Assembly: GCA_963733295.1 (NCBI GenBank)
Contig: CAVTCS010000003.1
Span: 640,001-704,000 of the forward strand
From: Vulcanimicrobiota bacterium
Lineage (GTDB): Bacteria > Vulcanimicrobiota > Vulcanimicrobiia > Vulcanimicrobiales > Vulcanimicrobiaceae
Reading direction: 5' to 3'
Length of the DNA: 64,000 nt
This document shows, one piece after another, positions 10,715-20,780 of the stretch. The first letter of the stretch is position 1; each line of letters begins with the position of its first letter. A program made the translations under genes and the position numbers. The notes beneath the pieces are model-generated. The model saw nothing but the letters and a program-made list of their open reading frames with translations. It made no database searches and was not told the origin of the DNA.

Positions 10715-11882
10715 CGTCATCGTCGTCGGGGCGGGGCCGGCAGGTGCCGCCACCGCTCTCGACCTCGCCCGCCGCGGCTTCGGCGTAACGATCGTCGAGA
10801 GGGCACGCTTCCCGCGGCGAAAAGTGTGCGGCGAGTATCTCAACGGGGGTGCAGTCGAAGCGCTCGAGTCGCTGGGCCTCGCCGCAGTCGCCCGCGCGCA
10901 AGGGAATCCGCTGCGCGGGTTGCGCCTGGTGACGCCCGGAACCGCGCCGCTCGAGTTGCGCTTTCCGGCACCGGTGCTCGCGCTTGCGCGCGCCGACCTC
11001 GACGCGTTGATTCTCGACGCCGCACTGGGAGCGGGCGCCCGTCTCGTGCGCGCGCGCGTCGAGGAGCTGCTCTTCGACGGCGACCGCGTAAGCGGGGTCG
11101 TCGCGCGGGACGAGTCGGGCGCATTGGAGCGGTTGGGTGCGCGCTTCGTCGCGGGCGCCGACGGCAGCGGCTCGCTGGTTGCCCGGAAACTCGGCGTTGC
11201 TCGCCGCTCGCGCGGTACGCGGCGCTTTGCGATCGGGGGTCATTACCGGGGATTCGGAGATCTCGGCGAGCACCTCGAGATGTACGTCGGGGGCGGCGCG
11301 TATTTTGCGATCAATCCGCTCGACGCCGAACGCGCCAACGTCATGGTCGTCGTGCGCGAAGGACAGTTGGCGGCATGGTCCGGCGCCGTCGATGAGGGCG
11401 TGCGCGGTAAGGCGCTCGAGTTAGGTCGCGGCCATCGCTCGTTTTCGGAGGCGCAACGCATCGGAGAGCGCGTTTCGTTCGGCCCGCTGACGTTCGCGGT
11501 GACCCAAGCCGCGCGTCCGGGGGCGCTGCTCGTCGGCGACGCGGCAGGTTTTTTGAACCCCTTTACGGGGCAGGGGGTGTTCCTCGCACTGCGCGGAGCT
11601 GCGGAGGCGGCCGCGGCGCTGGCGGCCGCGCTCGACGCACCCGAGCGCGAGGAGCAGACGCTGCGGGAGTACGCGCAGCGCCGGGCCGAAGATTTGCGCG
11701 CGCGGCGCAGGCTGGCGCGCGTCGTCGACGCACTGGTCGACGTGCCGTTTCTCGCGCGGCGCGCGGCGGCGCGGTTGCGGCGTTTCCCCGAATTGGGTGA
11801 CGCGCTGCTCGGGGCGCTGAGCGGTACGATGGCCCCAGAACGCGCGCTCTCGCCGGCGGTGCTCGGACGCCTAATCGTATGA
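10707..11882 (+). CDS. FAD-dependent oxidoreductase (geranylgeranyl reductase/halogenase-like)
   Basis: DVIVVGAGPAG, FPRRKVCGE, GADG, VGDAAGFLNPFTGQG; ATG overlaps the upstream stop. Confidence 0.88.
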   Translation: MPDVIVVGAGPAGAATALDLARRGFGVTIVERARFPRRKVCGEYLNGGAVEALESLGLAAVARAQGNPLRGLRLVTPGTAPLELRFPAPVLALARADLDALILDAALGAGARLVRARVEELLFDGDRVSGVVARDESGALERLGARFVAGADGSGSLVARKLGVARRSRGTRRFAIGGHYRGFGDLGEHLEMYVGGGAYFAINPLDAERANVMVVVREGQLAAWSGAVDEGVRGKALELGRGHRSFSEAQRIGERVSFGPLTFAVTQAARPGALLVGDAAGFLNPFTGQGVFLALRGAAEAAAALAAALDAPEREEQTLREYAQRRAEDLRARRRLARVVDALVDVPFLARRAAARLRRFPELGDALLGALSGTMAPERALSPAVLGRLIV

Positions 11883-12325
11883 CCGAAACCAAGAACGAGA
11901 TCGTGATCGCGGCGCCGGCCCGGCGCATCTACGATTTGGCGGTGGCAACGGAGCGCTGGCCCGAGTTCTTGCCGCATTACCGTTACGTGCGCGTGCTGGA
12001 AGAGCGTGCCGAAGGACGCGTCGTCGAAATGGCGGCCCTGCGGGATTTCATTCCGATCCGCTGGGTCGCAGAGCAGATCAGCGATCCGCAAGGTCCGAGC
12101 ATCCGGTTTCGGCATTTGCGCGGCTGGACGCGCGGCATGGACGTCGTTTGGCGCTTCGAACCGCTCGAGGAAGGAACGCGAGTCACGATCGAGCACCGCT
12201 TGGCCTTCATCTTTCCGTTCGCAGCGGAGTGGCTCGGCCGCAACGTCGTTTCGCGGTTTTTTATCGAGAACGTCGCGAGTAAGACGCTGGCACGCATGAA
12301 GGTTCTGGCCGAGACTCCGGCTTGA
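11879..12325 (+). CDS. SRPBCC/polyketide cyclase-aromatase family protein
   Basis: I.APARRIYDLA...ERWPEFLPHY, GMDVVWRF. Confidence 0.85.
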   Translation: MTETKNEIVIAAPARRIYDLAVATERWPEFLPHYRYVRVLEERAEGRVVEMAALRDFIPIRWVAEQISDPQGPSIRFRHLRGWTRGMDVVWRFEPLEEGTRVTIEHRLAFIFPFAAEWLGRNVVSRFFIENVASKTLARMKVLAETPA

Positions 12326-13569
12326 GTTCGAACGGGATGTATCGCGCAGTCGTCACCGGAATCGGCATCATTTCCCCGCTCGGGAACGGCGTTCGAACCT
12401 TTTGGGACCGGATACTCGAGGGGCAGGTCGGCGTCGCGCCGGTCACGCGCTTCGACGCGAGCGAGTTCTCGTCGCGAATCGCCGGCGAGGTCAACGACTT
12501 CGACCCGGCCGATTATCTCGACGCCAAGCGCCTGCGCTGGACCGACCGCTACGCGCAGTTTTCAATCGCTGCTTCCCGGATGGCCCTCGACGACGCCGGC
12601 TTCTCCATTGAGGGCCGCGAGGACGAGACCGGCATCTACATCGGCTCCGCGCTCGGCGGTCTCGCTTACGCCGAAGATCAGCATGGCGTGTTTCGCGACC
12701 AAGGCATCAAGCACGTGCGACCGCTGCTGGCGATCTCCGTTTTCGGCGGAGCGGCGACGACGCAGGTCGCACTCGAGCTGGGCATTCGCGGACCGAACTT
12801 GGCGAACGGTAATTCGTGCGCCGCGGGTTCCGTGGCGATCGGCGAGGCGTTCCGCGCGATCGCGCGCGGTGACGTGCGCGCCTCGCTCGCGGGCGGCGTC
12901 GAAGCGCCGCTCTCGCCGCTGATTTTCGGCGCTTTCGCAATCATCCGTGCGATGTCGACTCGCAATGCCGAACCGGCGCACGCCAGCCGTCCGTTCGACC
13001 GCGATCGCGACGGCTTCGTCATGGCTGAAGGCGCCGGGATGCTCGTCCTCGAGCGCTTGGAGGACGCCGAGGCGCGAGGTGCCCGCATCTATGGCGAGAT
13101 CACCGGTTTCGGACTCACCGGCGACGCCCACCACATGACGGCGCCGGATCCCGAGGCTCGCGCGTCGTCGCGCGCAATGCAGAATGCGCTGCGCGAGGCT
13201 CGGGTCGCGCCGGGCGAGATCGAGATGATCGACGCGCACGGTTCGTCGAGCAAACTCAACGACGTGACGGAAACGCTGGCGATCGAGCGGACCTTCGGCG
13301 AGACCGCCGCCTCGATACCGATCGTCGCGACGAAAGGTCAGCACGGACACGCGCTCGGCGCGACTGGGGCGTGGGAGGTCGCACTCTCGCTTTTGGCCAT
13401 GAGCGAGGGCCGCCTTCCCGGCGCCGTCAACCTGCAGCATCGCGACCCGGCCTGCAACTTGAACGTCGTGCACGATGCCCGCGACGCGCGTCCCCGCATC
13501 GCGCTCTCGAACTCGACCGGCTTCGGAGGGATCAACGCGGCTCTCGTCCTGCGAAGCGCCGGCGCGTGA
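12322..13569 (+). CDS. FabF-like beta-ketoacyl synthase (KAS II family)
   Basis: VVTGIG..SPLG, NSCAAG catalytic Cys, SRPFDRDRDGFV, AHGSS, GHALGA, GFGGIN. Confidence 0.92.
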   Translation: MSSNGMYRAVVTGIGIISPLGNGVRTFWDRILEGQVGVAPVTRFDASEFSSRIAGEVNDFDPADYLDAKRLRWTDRYAQFSIAASRMALDDAGFSIEGREDETGIYIGSALGGLAYAEDQHGVFRDQGIKHVRPLLAISVFGGAATTQVALELGIRGPNLANGNSCAAGSVAIGEAFRAIARGDVRASLAGGVEAPLSPLIFGAFAIIRAMSTRNAEPAHASRPFDRDRDGFVMAEGAGMLVLERLEDAEARGARIYGEITGFGLTGDAHHMTAPDPEARASSRAMQNALREARVAPGEIEMIDAHGSSSKLNDVTETLAIERTFGETAASIPIVATKGQHGHALGATGAWEVALSLLAMSEGRLPGAVNLQHRDPACNLNVVHDARDARPRIALSNSTGFGGINAALVLRSAGA

Positions 13570-14255
13570 GCGCGCCGGAGGGCGTCGTCAGCGTCGTCGG
13601 CGTCAGCAAACGCTATTCGGCGGCCGCCGCCGACGAAGTTCGCGCGCTCGACGACGTCACGTTCGACGTGAACGCGGGCGAGATGGTCGCGGTGATGGGT
13701 CCGAGCGGCTGCGGCAAGACCACCTTGCTCAACTTGATCGGTTGCGTCGACTTGCCGACATCGGGCGCGGTAGTTCTCGACGGACGGGCCACCTCCGATC
13801 TCGACGACGACGACCTGACGATGCTGCGGCGCGACCGCGTCGGCACGGTCTTTCAATTCTTCAACCTGTTGCCGTCCCTGACGATCGCCGAGAACGTCGG
13901 GTTTCCGCTCGTCTTGCAGCGCCGGGAGCGTGACGAAATCGAGCGCCGCGTGCACGTCGCGCTTGAAGCGGTCGGAATCGCCGACAAAGCCGGCGCCTAT
14001 CCGGCGCAAGCCTCCGGCGGCCAGCTCCAGCGCGCCGCCGTTGCGCGCGCAACGATCCATCGGCCCGCGATCGTGCTAGCCGACGAGCCGACGGGTAATC
14101 TCGATTCGCGCAACGGCGCCGCGGTACTGCGCCTCTTGCATTCGATCGCCGCCGGCGGGCAAGCGATCTTGTTGGCGACGCATTCGAGCGAGGCGGCTTC
14201 CGCCTGCGATCGCACGATCCATCTGCAGGACGGGCGCATCGTCGATTTGAGATGA
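13566..14255 (+). CDS. LolD/MacB-type ABC ATP-binding protein
   Basis: [24 protein letters not shown]. Confidence 0.92.
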   Translation: MSAPEGVVSVVGVSKRYSAAAADEVRALDDVTFDVNAGEMVAVMGPSGCGKTTLLNLIGCVDLPTSGAVVLDGRATSDLDDDDLTMLRRDRVGTVFQFFNLLPSLTIAENVGFPLVLQRRERDEIERRVHVALEAVGIADKAGAYPAQASGGQLQRAAVARATIHRPAIVLADEPTGNLDSRNGAAVLRLLHSIAAGGQAILLATHSSEAASACDRTIHLQDGRIVDLR

Positions 14256-16828
14256 CGCTCTTTCGAACCCTGGTTCTCGGACACATCCGGCACAACGGGC
14301 TGCGCACCCTCGTCACGCTGTTCGCGGTCGGCCTCGGCGTCGCGATTTCACTTGCGGTCGATCTTGCCAACGCGACGGCCGTCGACTCGTTTTCGAAGAA
14401 CGTCAACCTGATCGCGAACCATGTCAACCTGCAGGTCTTGGGCATCGGTCGCGGGTTCGACGAGCGCACCCTCCTGCGCGTGCAAGGACTCGATGGGGTC
14501 AGGGACGCGAGCCCGGTGATCGAAGATGCGCTGGTCGCCGGCGCCCATCCCGACGACCCGATGTCGGGCGAGATCCTCCACGTGCTGGGGGTCGATCTCT
14601 TGCGTCCCCTCCCGCACGACGAATCGCAACGCGTCGCGGCTCCCGGGGCCTACGACGCGGCGGAGCCGCAGAGCGATCCCTATCGGCTGATCGGAGGGCG
14701 GGGCGCGATCGTCTCGCAGCGCGTGGCCGGCCGTTATCATCTGCAGCCGGGGAGTACGTTTCGCGCGCTGGCCGGTGATCGGCCGGTGCGTCTCAAGGTC
14801 GTCGCGATCTTTCCGCCTTCGGTGCCGGGCATCGATTCGAGCGTCGTCTTCGTCGACATTGCGACGGCTCAGGAGATCTTTGGAAAAGTCGGCCTGCTCG
14901 ATCGGATCGATCTCGTCGTCGATCCAGCTCGCATCGCATCGATCCGGCACGCCGTCGAAGGTGCGATCCCCTTCGGAACGCGCGTGATCGAGCCGAAGGT
15001 GCGCACCGCCGAGATCCAACGGATGCTGCGCAGCTTCGCACTGAACCTCGCGGCACTTTCGTACGTCGCGATGCTCGTCGGGATGTACTTGATCTACAAC
15101 ACGGTCGCGATCTCGGTCGTGCAGCGGCGACCCGAGATCGGAACGGTGCGCGCGCTCGGTGCGACGCGCCGCCAGATCTTCGCGACGTTCCTTGCCGAGG
15201 GCGTTGCGTTCGGAGTTTGCGGCTCGCTCGTGGGCCTCGCGCTCGGCGCTTTCCTCGCGCAATTTTCGGTCGGCGCCGTCGCGCAAACGGTCGATACGCT
15301 CTACGTCGGTACGCATGTCGATCGCGTCGATTACGCGCCGCTCCTGCTCGTCAAGGCGCTGCTCCTCGGGATCGTACTAGCCGCGCTGTCGGCGCTTGCG
15401 CCGGCGCTCGAAGCCGCTCGGACGCTCCCCGCGATCACGATGCGTGCCGCGGGTTACGAGAGCCGCGCCGGGCGGCCCGGTATCGGTCTCGCGCTTGCGG
15501 GTCTCGTCGCGTTCGTCCTCGCCGGGTTCGCGGCGAGGCTTCCCGCCGTCGACTCCGTGCCGGTCTTCGGTTACGCCTGCGGTCTGCTGATCGTTGCCGG
15601 TGCATCGCTCTGCATGCCGCTCGTCGTCGCCCGCGCCGCCGCGCTGCTGCGCGCGCTCACCGGCAAGCTCTCGCCGTGCGCCCGGCTCGCGGCCGCGAAT
15701 CTGGGCGCCGCGCCGCGCCGCACCGCGGTCGCAGTGGCCGCTCTGATGGTCGCGATCGGGATGATGGTCAGCGTCGCAATTCTGATCGGTTCGTTCCGGG
15801 CGACCGTCGTCGCGTGGGCCGACGAGACGCTGAGGGCAGACCTCTTCGTGCGACCGCTCGGTCTGGTGGACGCTTCGATCGATTCACGCTTCGCACCGCG
15901 GGTCGCGACGAAGATCGCGGCGCTGCCCGGCGTCGCCGCGGTCGACACGCTCCGCGCAATCACCATTCCCTTCCACGGTTCTCTGACCACCCTCGCGGCG
16001 ACCGACCTCGCCTCGCTCGTCGCGCGAAAGAAGGTTCGCTTCATCGGAAACGTCGATGCAGCTGCGCTCGCTCGCACGCTGCCGAGCTCCGACCGCGTGC
16101 TCGTCAGCGATCCGTTCGCCACTCGCTTCAACGTCTTCGAAGGAGACACGCTGCGCATCGAAACCCCGAGCGGCCCGGTCGATCTCAAGGTGGCTGCCCT
16201 CTACAACGACTACTCGAGCGACGGCGGCATCATCATCCTCGACTCGCGCACCTTCACCAAGCTCTTCCACGACGCTTCGTTCAACTCGCTGGCCATCTAC
16301 GCCGAGCCCGGTACCGATCTCCAAAGCCTGCGCTCGCGCGTCATCCGGCGCCTCTTCCCGCTGCGCGTCGACGTTCAAACCACACGCGAATTGCGCAAAC
16401 TCGTCATTACGATCTTCAACCGCACGTTCGCGATAACGTACGCGCTGTACGTCATCTCGATCGCGATCGCCGTGCTCGGGATCGTCAGCACGCTGTTCGC
16501 GCTCGTCCTCGAGCGGCGGCGCGAAATCGGCCTGATGCGCTACCTCGGACTGCGTGCGTCGGAAGTCCGCACCATGATCCTCTACGAAGCCGCTTACATC
16601 GGCGCGCTGGGAGGCTCGAGCGGCATTGCGGTCGGCATCCTGCTTGCGCTCTTGCTGATCTTCGTGATCAACCGTCAGGCTTTCGGCTGGCTGATCGAGC
16701 TGCACATGCCGTGGGAATTTCTCGCCACGTCGTTTGGGCTCGTCATCGTCGCGGCGCTGCTCGCTGGACTGTACCCCGCTCGCGTTGCAGCTCGCATCCG
16801 GACGGCGGAAGCGGTGCGGACCGAATGA
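14252..16828 (+). CDS. FtsX/MacB-type ABC permease (duplicated, AttFG-like)
   Basis: 858 aa, two TM blocks with QRRPEIGTVRALGA and ERRREIGLMRYLG. Confidence 0.9.
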   Translation: MTLFRTLVLGHIRHNGLRTLVTLFAVGLGVAISLAVDLANATAVDSFSKNVNLIANHVNLQVLGIGRGFDERTLLRVQGLDGVRDASPVIEDALVAGAHPDDPMSGEILHVLGVDLLRPLPHDESQRVAAPGAYDAAEPQSDPYRLIGGRGAIVSQRVAGRYHLQPGSTFRALAGDRPVRLKVVAIFPPSVPGIDSSVVFVDIATAQEIFGKVGLLDRIDLVVDPARIASIRHAVEGAIPFGTRVIEPKVRTAEIQRMLRSFALNLAALSYVAMLVGMYLIYNTVAISVVQRRPEIGTVRALGATRRQIFATFLAEGVAFGVCGSLVGLALGAFLAQFSVGAVAQTVDTLYVGTHVDRVDYAPLLLVKALLLGIVLAALSALAPALEAARTLPAITMRAAGYESRAGRPGIGLALAGLVAFVLAGFAARLPAVDSVPVFGYACGLLIVAGASLCMPLVVARAAALLRALTGKLSPCARLAAANLGAAPRRTAVAVAALMVAIGMMVSVAILIGSFRATVVAWADETLRADLFVRPLGLVDASIDSRFAPRVATKIAALPGVAAVDTLRAITIPFHGSLTTLAATDLASLVARKKVRFIGNVDAAALARTLPSSDRVLVSDPFATRFNVFEGDTLRIETPSGPVDLKVAALYNDYSSDGGIIILDSRTFTKLFHDASFNSLAIYAEPGTDLQSLRSRVIRRLFPLRVDVQTTRELRKLVITIFNRTFAITYALYVISIAIAVLGIVSTLFALVLERRREIGLMRYLGLRASEVRTMILYEAAYIGALGGSSGIAVGILLALLLIFVINRQAFGWLIELHMPWEFLATSFGLVIVAALLAGLYPARVAARIRTAEAVRTE

Positions 16829-17982
16829 GCCGGCCGTTCGGCGCGGTTCTTTTGGGCCTCACGCTCGCGCTGATGTCGCTGCCGGCGCGAAGCGGAGCCG
16901 GCGACCGGCTTGCCGATGGGTTCGAGAGCGCGGGCACGCCGTATGCGTTCTCGTTTCCGCGCGACCATGCGGCGCACAAGCAGTTCCAGAGTGAGTGGTG
17001 GTATTACACGGGGCATCTCGTAACGCGGAGCGGCCGGCGCTTCGGCTACGAGCTGACCTTCTTTCGCGTCGCGATGCGTCCGGGCGATCCGACGCCTGGG
17101 CCGGGACAGAGCCGTTGGCGCGGCACTCAGTTGTATCCGGCGCACTTCGCGATCACCGATGAGGCCGGTAAGGAATTCTTCTACACGAGCCGGTTTGCGC
17201 GGGAGGCGCTTGGGATGGGATCGTCGTCGAGCGACCGCCTCGAGGTGAAAGCGCTCGACTGGACGCTGACGGGCCGCAGCATGAACGATCGGCGCTTCGA
17301 AGAGATGAAGATGCACGCGCGCGAGCCGGACGGACCGGGCGGCGTCGTGGCCCTCGACCTCGTGCAGACGCCCGAAAAGCCGCCGGCGGTTCACGGCCGG
17401 GACGGAATCTCGAAGAAGGGGTCGTGCGCTTCGTGCGCGTCGCACTATTACTCGTACACGCGGTTGCGCTCGCGAGGGGCGTTGGCGTTCGGCGGGCAGC
17501 GCTTTGCGGTCGAGGGCATTTCGTGGATGGATCACGAGTTCGGCTCGGGTCAGCTGCAGCCCGATCAAACGGGCTGGGATTGGTACTCGATTCAGCTCGA
17601 TGATGGCCGCGAACTCATGTTGTACGTGTTGCGTCAGAAGGGCGGAAGCGTCACGCCCGAGTCGAGCGGAAGCCTGATCGAGCGCGACGGGAGCGTCGAG
17701 TACCTGCCCCTCGCGGCATTCTCGGCGGTAGCGACGGGAAGCTGGAAGAGTCCGCATACCGGTGCGACGTATCCGAGTGGCTGGCGAGTGCGGGTTCCGC
17801 GCGCGGGAATCGACCTCGTGCTGAGGCCGGTGCTGGCCGATCAAGAGTTGGCGCTCACAACCGGCGAAGAGGTTTCGTATTGGGAGGGCGCAGTCGACGT
17901 CCAAGCTGCGAGTCGACCCGGCACGCAAGCCGGCGCGGGATACGTCGAGTTGACCGGTTACGCGGGGACGGTAACGCTGTGA
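16825..17982 (+). CDS. AttH/CrtC-like lipocalin-fold secreted protein
   Basis: FPRDHAAH, EWWYYTG, YYSYTRL, WMDHEF, GWDW, YWEG, GYVELTGY. Confidence 0.9.
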   Translation: MSRPFGAVLLGLTLALMSLPARSGAGDRLADGFESAGTPYAFSFPRDHAAHKQFQSEWWYYTGHLVTRSGRRFGYELTFFRVAMRPGDPTPGPGQSRWRGTQLYPAHFAITDEAGKEFFYTSRFAREALGMGSSSSDRLEVKALDWTLTGRSMNDRRFEEMKMHAREPDGPGGVVALDLVQTPEKPPAVHGRDGISKKGSCASCASHYYSYTRLRSRGALAFGGQRFAVEGISWMDHEFGSGQLQPDQTGWDWYSIQLDDGRELMLYVLRQKGGSVTPESSGSLIERDGSVEYLPLAAFSAVATGSWKSPHTGATYPSGWRVRVPRAGIDLVLRPVLADQELALTTGEEVSYWEGAVDVQAASRPGTQAGAGYVELTGYAGTVTL

Positions 17983-18001
17983 GCGAGAAGTCGCGCTTCA
18001 A

Positions 18002-19672
18002 ATGGATCCGATAAGAGCCGAGCTTCCGGCAGAGCGCACTCTTGACGAGCGCTACGGACGGATCGAGGCGGCGCTCGACAGGCGCGACACGCCGGCAGGC
18101 TGGCGCGCAGCTTTCACGGATTGGGACGCGCTGCGCCGTGAATGGTACAGCGGCCAAAACATGGTTCGTCTGCGCTATAGCCAGGACACGCGCAACGAGG
18201 AATTTCGCGCCGCGTTGCACGCGCTCGACGCTCGCACCCCCGGCGTCACCGCGCGGGACACGCGGGTGAAACGGCGTTTCCTCGACGGCGGAGCGCTGCG
18301 CGCGCCGCTCGAAGCGGAGCTCGGTCCGCAAGCCTTCGCGCTCTGGGATGCGGACGTGCACGCTTTTGACGTCGCGATAAGTGACCAGCTCGTCCGCGAG
18401 TCCGATTTAAGCCGTCAGTATACCGAGTTGCTGGCCGCAGCAACCGTCCCGTTCGCGGGAGAGGAGCGTTCGCTCGCCGGACTCGGCGCTTTCTTTGAAG
18501 ACCCCGACCGGGAAAGGCGGCATGCGGCCGAAGTCGCGCGTTGGAGCGTTTTCGACTCCGCCGCCGAACGGCTCGACGCCATCTTCGACGAGCTCGTGCG
18601 CTTGCGCGACGGCATGGCTCGCACGCTCGGCTACGACAACTTCGTCGCTCTGGGCTATCGGCGCATGCGCCGAATCGACTACGGCCCGGCCGACGTCGCC
18701 CGTTACCGCGATGACGTCGTCGCGACGGTCGTTCCGGTCGTACTCGATCTCGTGCGGCGCTTCGGTGCGAAGGCGGGTCTGGACCGCGTCCACTTCTGGG
18801 ACGAAAAAGTCCTCGCGCTTTCCGAGCGGGTTGCGCCCAAGGGTGACCGCGCTTGGATCGTCGATCGCGCGGTCGAGTCGTTGAGCGCGATCGCAGCGCC
18901 GCTCGGCGAGTTCGGCGCCATCATGAAGGAGCGCCGTTTACTCGATGTCGAGCTGCGTCCGGGCAAAGCGTTCGGCGCATACTGCACGATGTTTCCCACC
19001 GCGGGCGTGCCGTTCGTCTTCGCGAGCTTCAACGGAAGCAGCGCCGACGTCAAGACGCTGATGCACGAGCTCGGGCACGCGTTCCAGGGGTACAGCAGCC
19101 GGAACAAGACTACCCTCGACTACGTGAAGGCAACGCTCGAGTCGGCGGAGATCCACTCGATGGCGCTGGAATATCTTTCCTGGCCGGAGATGGAGCGTTT
19201 CTTCGGGGCAGATGCGGATGCGTATCGCCGCGCGCACCTGCTCGACGCCTTATTCTTCTTGCCGTACGGCGTCGCGTTCGACCACTTCCAGCATCTGGTC
19301 TACGAGAACCCTGGCGCGACGCCGGCCGAACGGCACGCGATGTGGCGTGAGATGGAGCGCCGCTATCTGCCCTGGCGCAACTACGGCGATCTCGCCTTCC
19401 CGCGTAAGGGCGGCCTCTGGCAAGAGAAGCGGCACGTCTACCTCTACCCGTTCTACTACATCGACTACACCCTGGCGCTCTGCTGCGCGCTCCAATTTTG
19501 GGAGAAAGCACGCGGCGACCGCTCGCGCGTGCTCGAGGCATACGTCGCGCTTTGCGGGCGCGGCGGTGAGGCGCCGTTCCGCGAACTCGTGCGCTCCGCC
19601 GGACTGCGCTCGCCCTTCGACGGCGAAGCGTTGGGTGAAGTTGTCAGGGCCGCCAGCGCAACGTTCCGATAG
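18002..19672 (+). CDS. M3B oligoendopeptidase (PepF-like)
   Basis: RPGKAFGAYC, HELGH zinc motif, ESAEIHS, PFYYIDY. Confidence 0.9.
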   Translation: MDPIRAELPAERTLDERYGRIEAALDRRDTPAGWRAAFTDWDALRREWYSGQNMVRLRYSQDTRNEEFRAALHALDARTPGVTARDTRVKRRFLDGGALRAPLEAELGPQAFALWDADVHAFDVAISDQLVRESDLSRQYTELLAAATVPFAGEERSLAGLGAFFEDPDRERRHAAEVARWSVFDSAAERLDAIFDELVRLRDGMARTLGYDNFVALGYRRMRRIDYGPADVARYRDDVVATVVPVVLDLVRRFGAKAGLDRVHFWDEKVLALSERVAPKGDRAWIVDRAVESLSAIAAPLGEFGAIMKERRLLDVELRPGKAFGAYCTMFPTAGVPFVFASFNGSSADVKTLMHELGHAFQGYSSRNKTTLDYVKATLESAEIHSMALEYLSWPEMERFFGADADAYRRAHLLDALFFLPYGVAFDHFQHLVYENPGATPAERHAMWREMERRYLPWRNYGDLAFPRKGGLWQEKRHVYLYPFYYIDYTLALCCALQFWEKARGDRSRVLEAYVALCGRGGEAPFRELVRSAGLRSPFDGEALGEVVRAASATFR

Positions 19673-19701
19673 CGGGCCCCAGATGCGCCGGCGAGCCTGC
19701 G

Positions 19702-19857
19702 CTACGCGGCTCGCCGGAGTTCGCGCCGGGCGCCTCGCCGTTCGAAGAATTCGACCTCGAGCGCGCAATCGAAGCAGCTGACCGCGAGCTGGTAAGCCGG
19801 GTCGAACGGCTCGTCGTGGAGCCGGCGACATCCGGGACACTCGTACAGGGTGGACAT
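19702..19857 (-). CDS. Small zinc-ribbon protein (51 aa)
   Basis: AGGAGG RBS then ATG; CPGC..CFDC. Confidence 0.65.
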   Translation of the reverse strand: MSTLYECPGCRRLHDEPFDPAYQLAVSCFDCALEVEFFERRGARRELRRAA

Positions 19858-20113
19858 AGGCAACCTCCTGAGCGAGACTTTCTCACCAGGGTGTGCCACC
19901 TGTCTGGCACCCCCGTCAAACGTGGTCGCCTATTGACGAGAGCAGACAAGGAAGTGAGCCCGTCGGCAAGCATTGGCACCCCGAGAGAGTGAAGAAGATG
20001 CTGACGTCACGGATAGGTGGCTGGTACTGTCCGCTGTGCGAGCCGGACCGCGTTTCGCCGTTCGTAGATTCGAAGAACCTGAGGCATACGTGCCCCGGTC
20101 GGCTCGGGCAGTC

Positions 20114-20780
20114 TTGACCGGCCAATACCAAACGAGGTCGTATATCGATGCGCTCGGTAAGCGTCTCGCCTCTGGGAAGCAGACTGAGCGGGATCTCGAG
20201 GAGCTGGCATCCTTTCAACGTTCCTTCTTGCCGGCCTACGAACAGATGTTAGCCGGCGTGCGGAACTGTGGGTTCGAGCCGTCCGGCCGGTATCCCAAGA
20301 CGAATTTCGCGATCGTCGCGAAGCTACAGCGTGAGAAGACGCGGCTGACGACGATGCAGGACATTGCCGGTTTACGCATCGTTGTAGCCAATCTTGCGGC
20401 TCAGGATGAGGCCGTCGAGAAACTGCGCGGACTTACGGACTGTAAAGTCAAAGACCGACGCGACAAACCGAGCGGCGGTTACCGCGCCGTACACATCATC
20501 TTCGTCGTAGACGGTTATCCCATCGAGGTTCAGGTGCGGACGAAACCAGCACTATTGGGCGGAGTTGTCTGAGAAGGTGGCAGACAGCGACCCGGCCATA
20601 AAGTATGGCGGCGGCCCGGAAGAGGTGCGTCGATCTCTGCTGAGAGTGTCGAAGCTGGTCGAAACCCTAGAGCAGGGTCGGTTCTCGCGGGACTCGGAGG
20701 CCGAGGAGATTATCGCGGACGAGATGCTGAAGGTAATCGCGGAGGTCGACCTTATAATCGGGGAGGGGAGGCAGTCGTGA
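20114..20780 (+). CDS. Small alarmone synthetase-family (toxSAS, CapRel/PhRel-like) toxin; one frameshift near 20548
   Basis: K..AIVAKLQRE..LTTMQDIAGLRIV, GYRAVH, IEVQVRT, then QHYWAELSEK in the next frame. Confidence 0.8.

Noticed and set aside
15217..16824. Long N-terminal extensions and shadow ORFs (e.g. 15217-17982, 32534-34795, 25768-27618, 48349-50025)
   Set aside because: Arg/Pro-rich off-frame translations overlapping clear genes, typical of high-GC DNA
19893..20010. Serine recombinase remnant (GKHWHPERVKKML) or att site flanking the toxSAS insert
   Set aside because: Too short to support, and no flanking direct repeats or tRNA end were found
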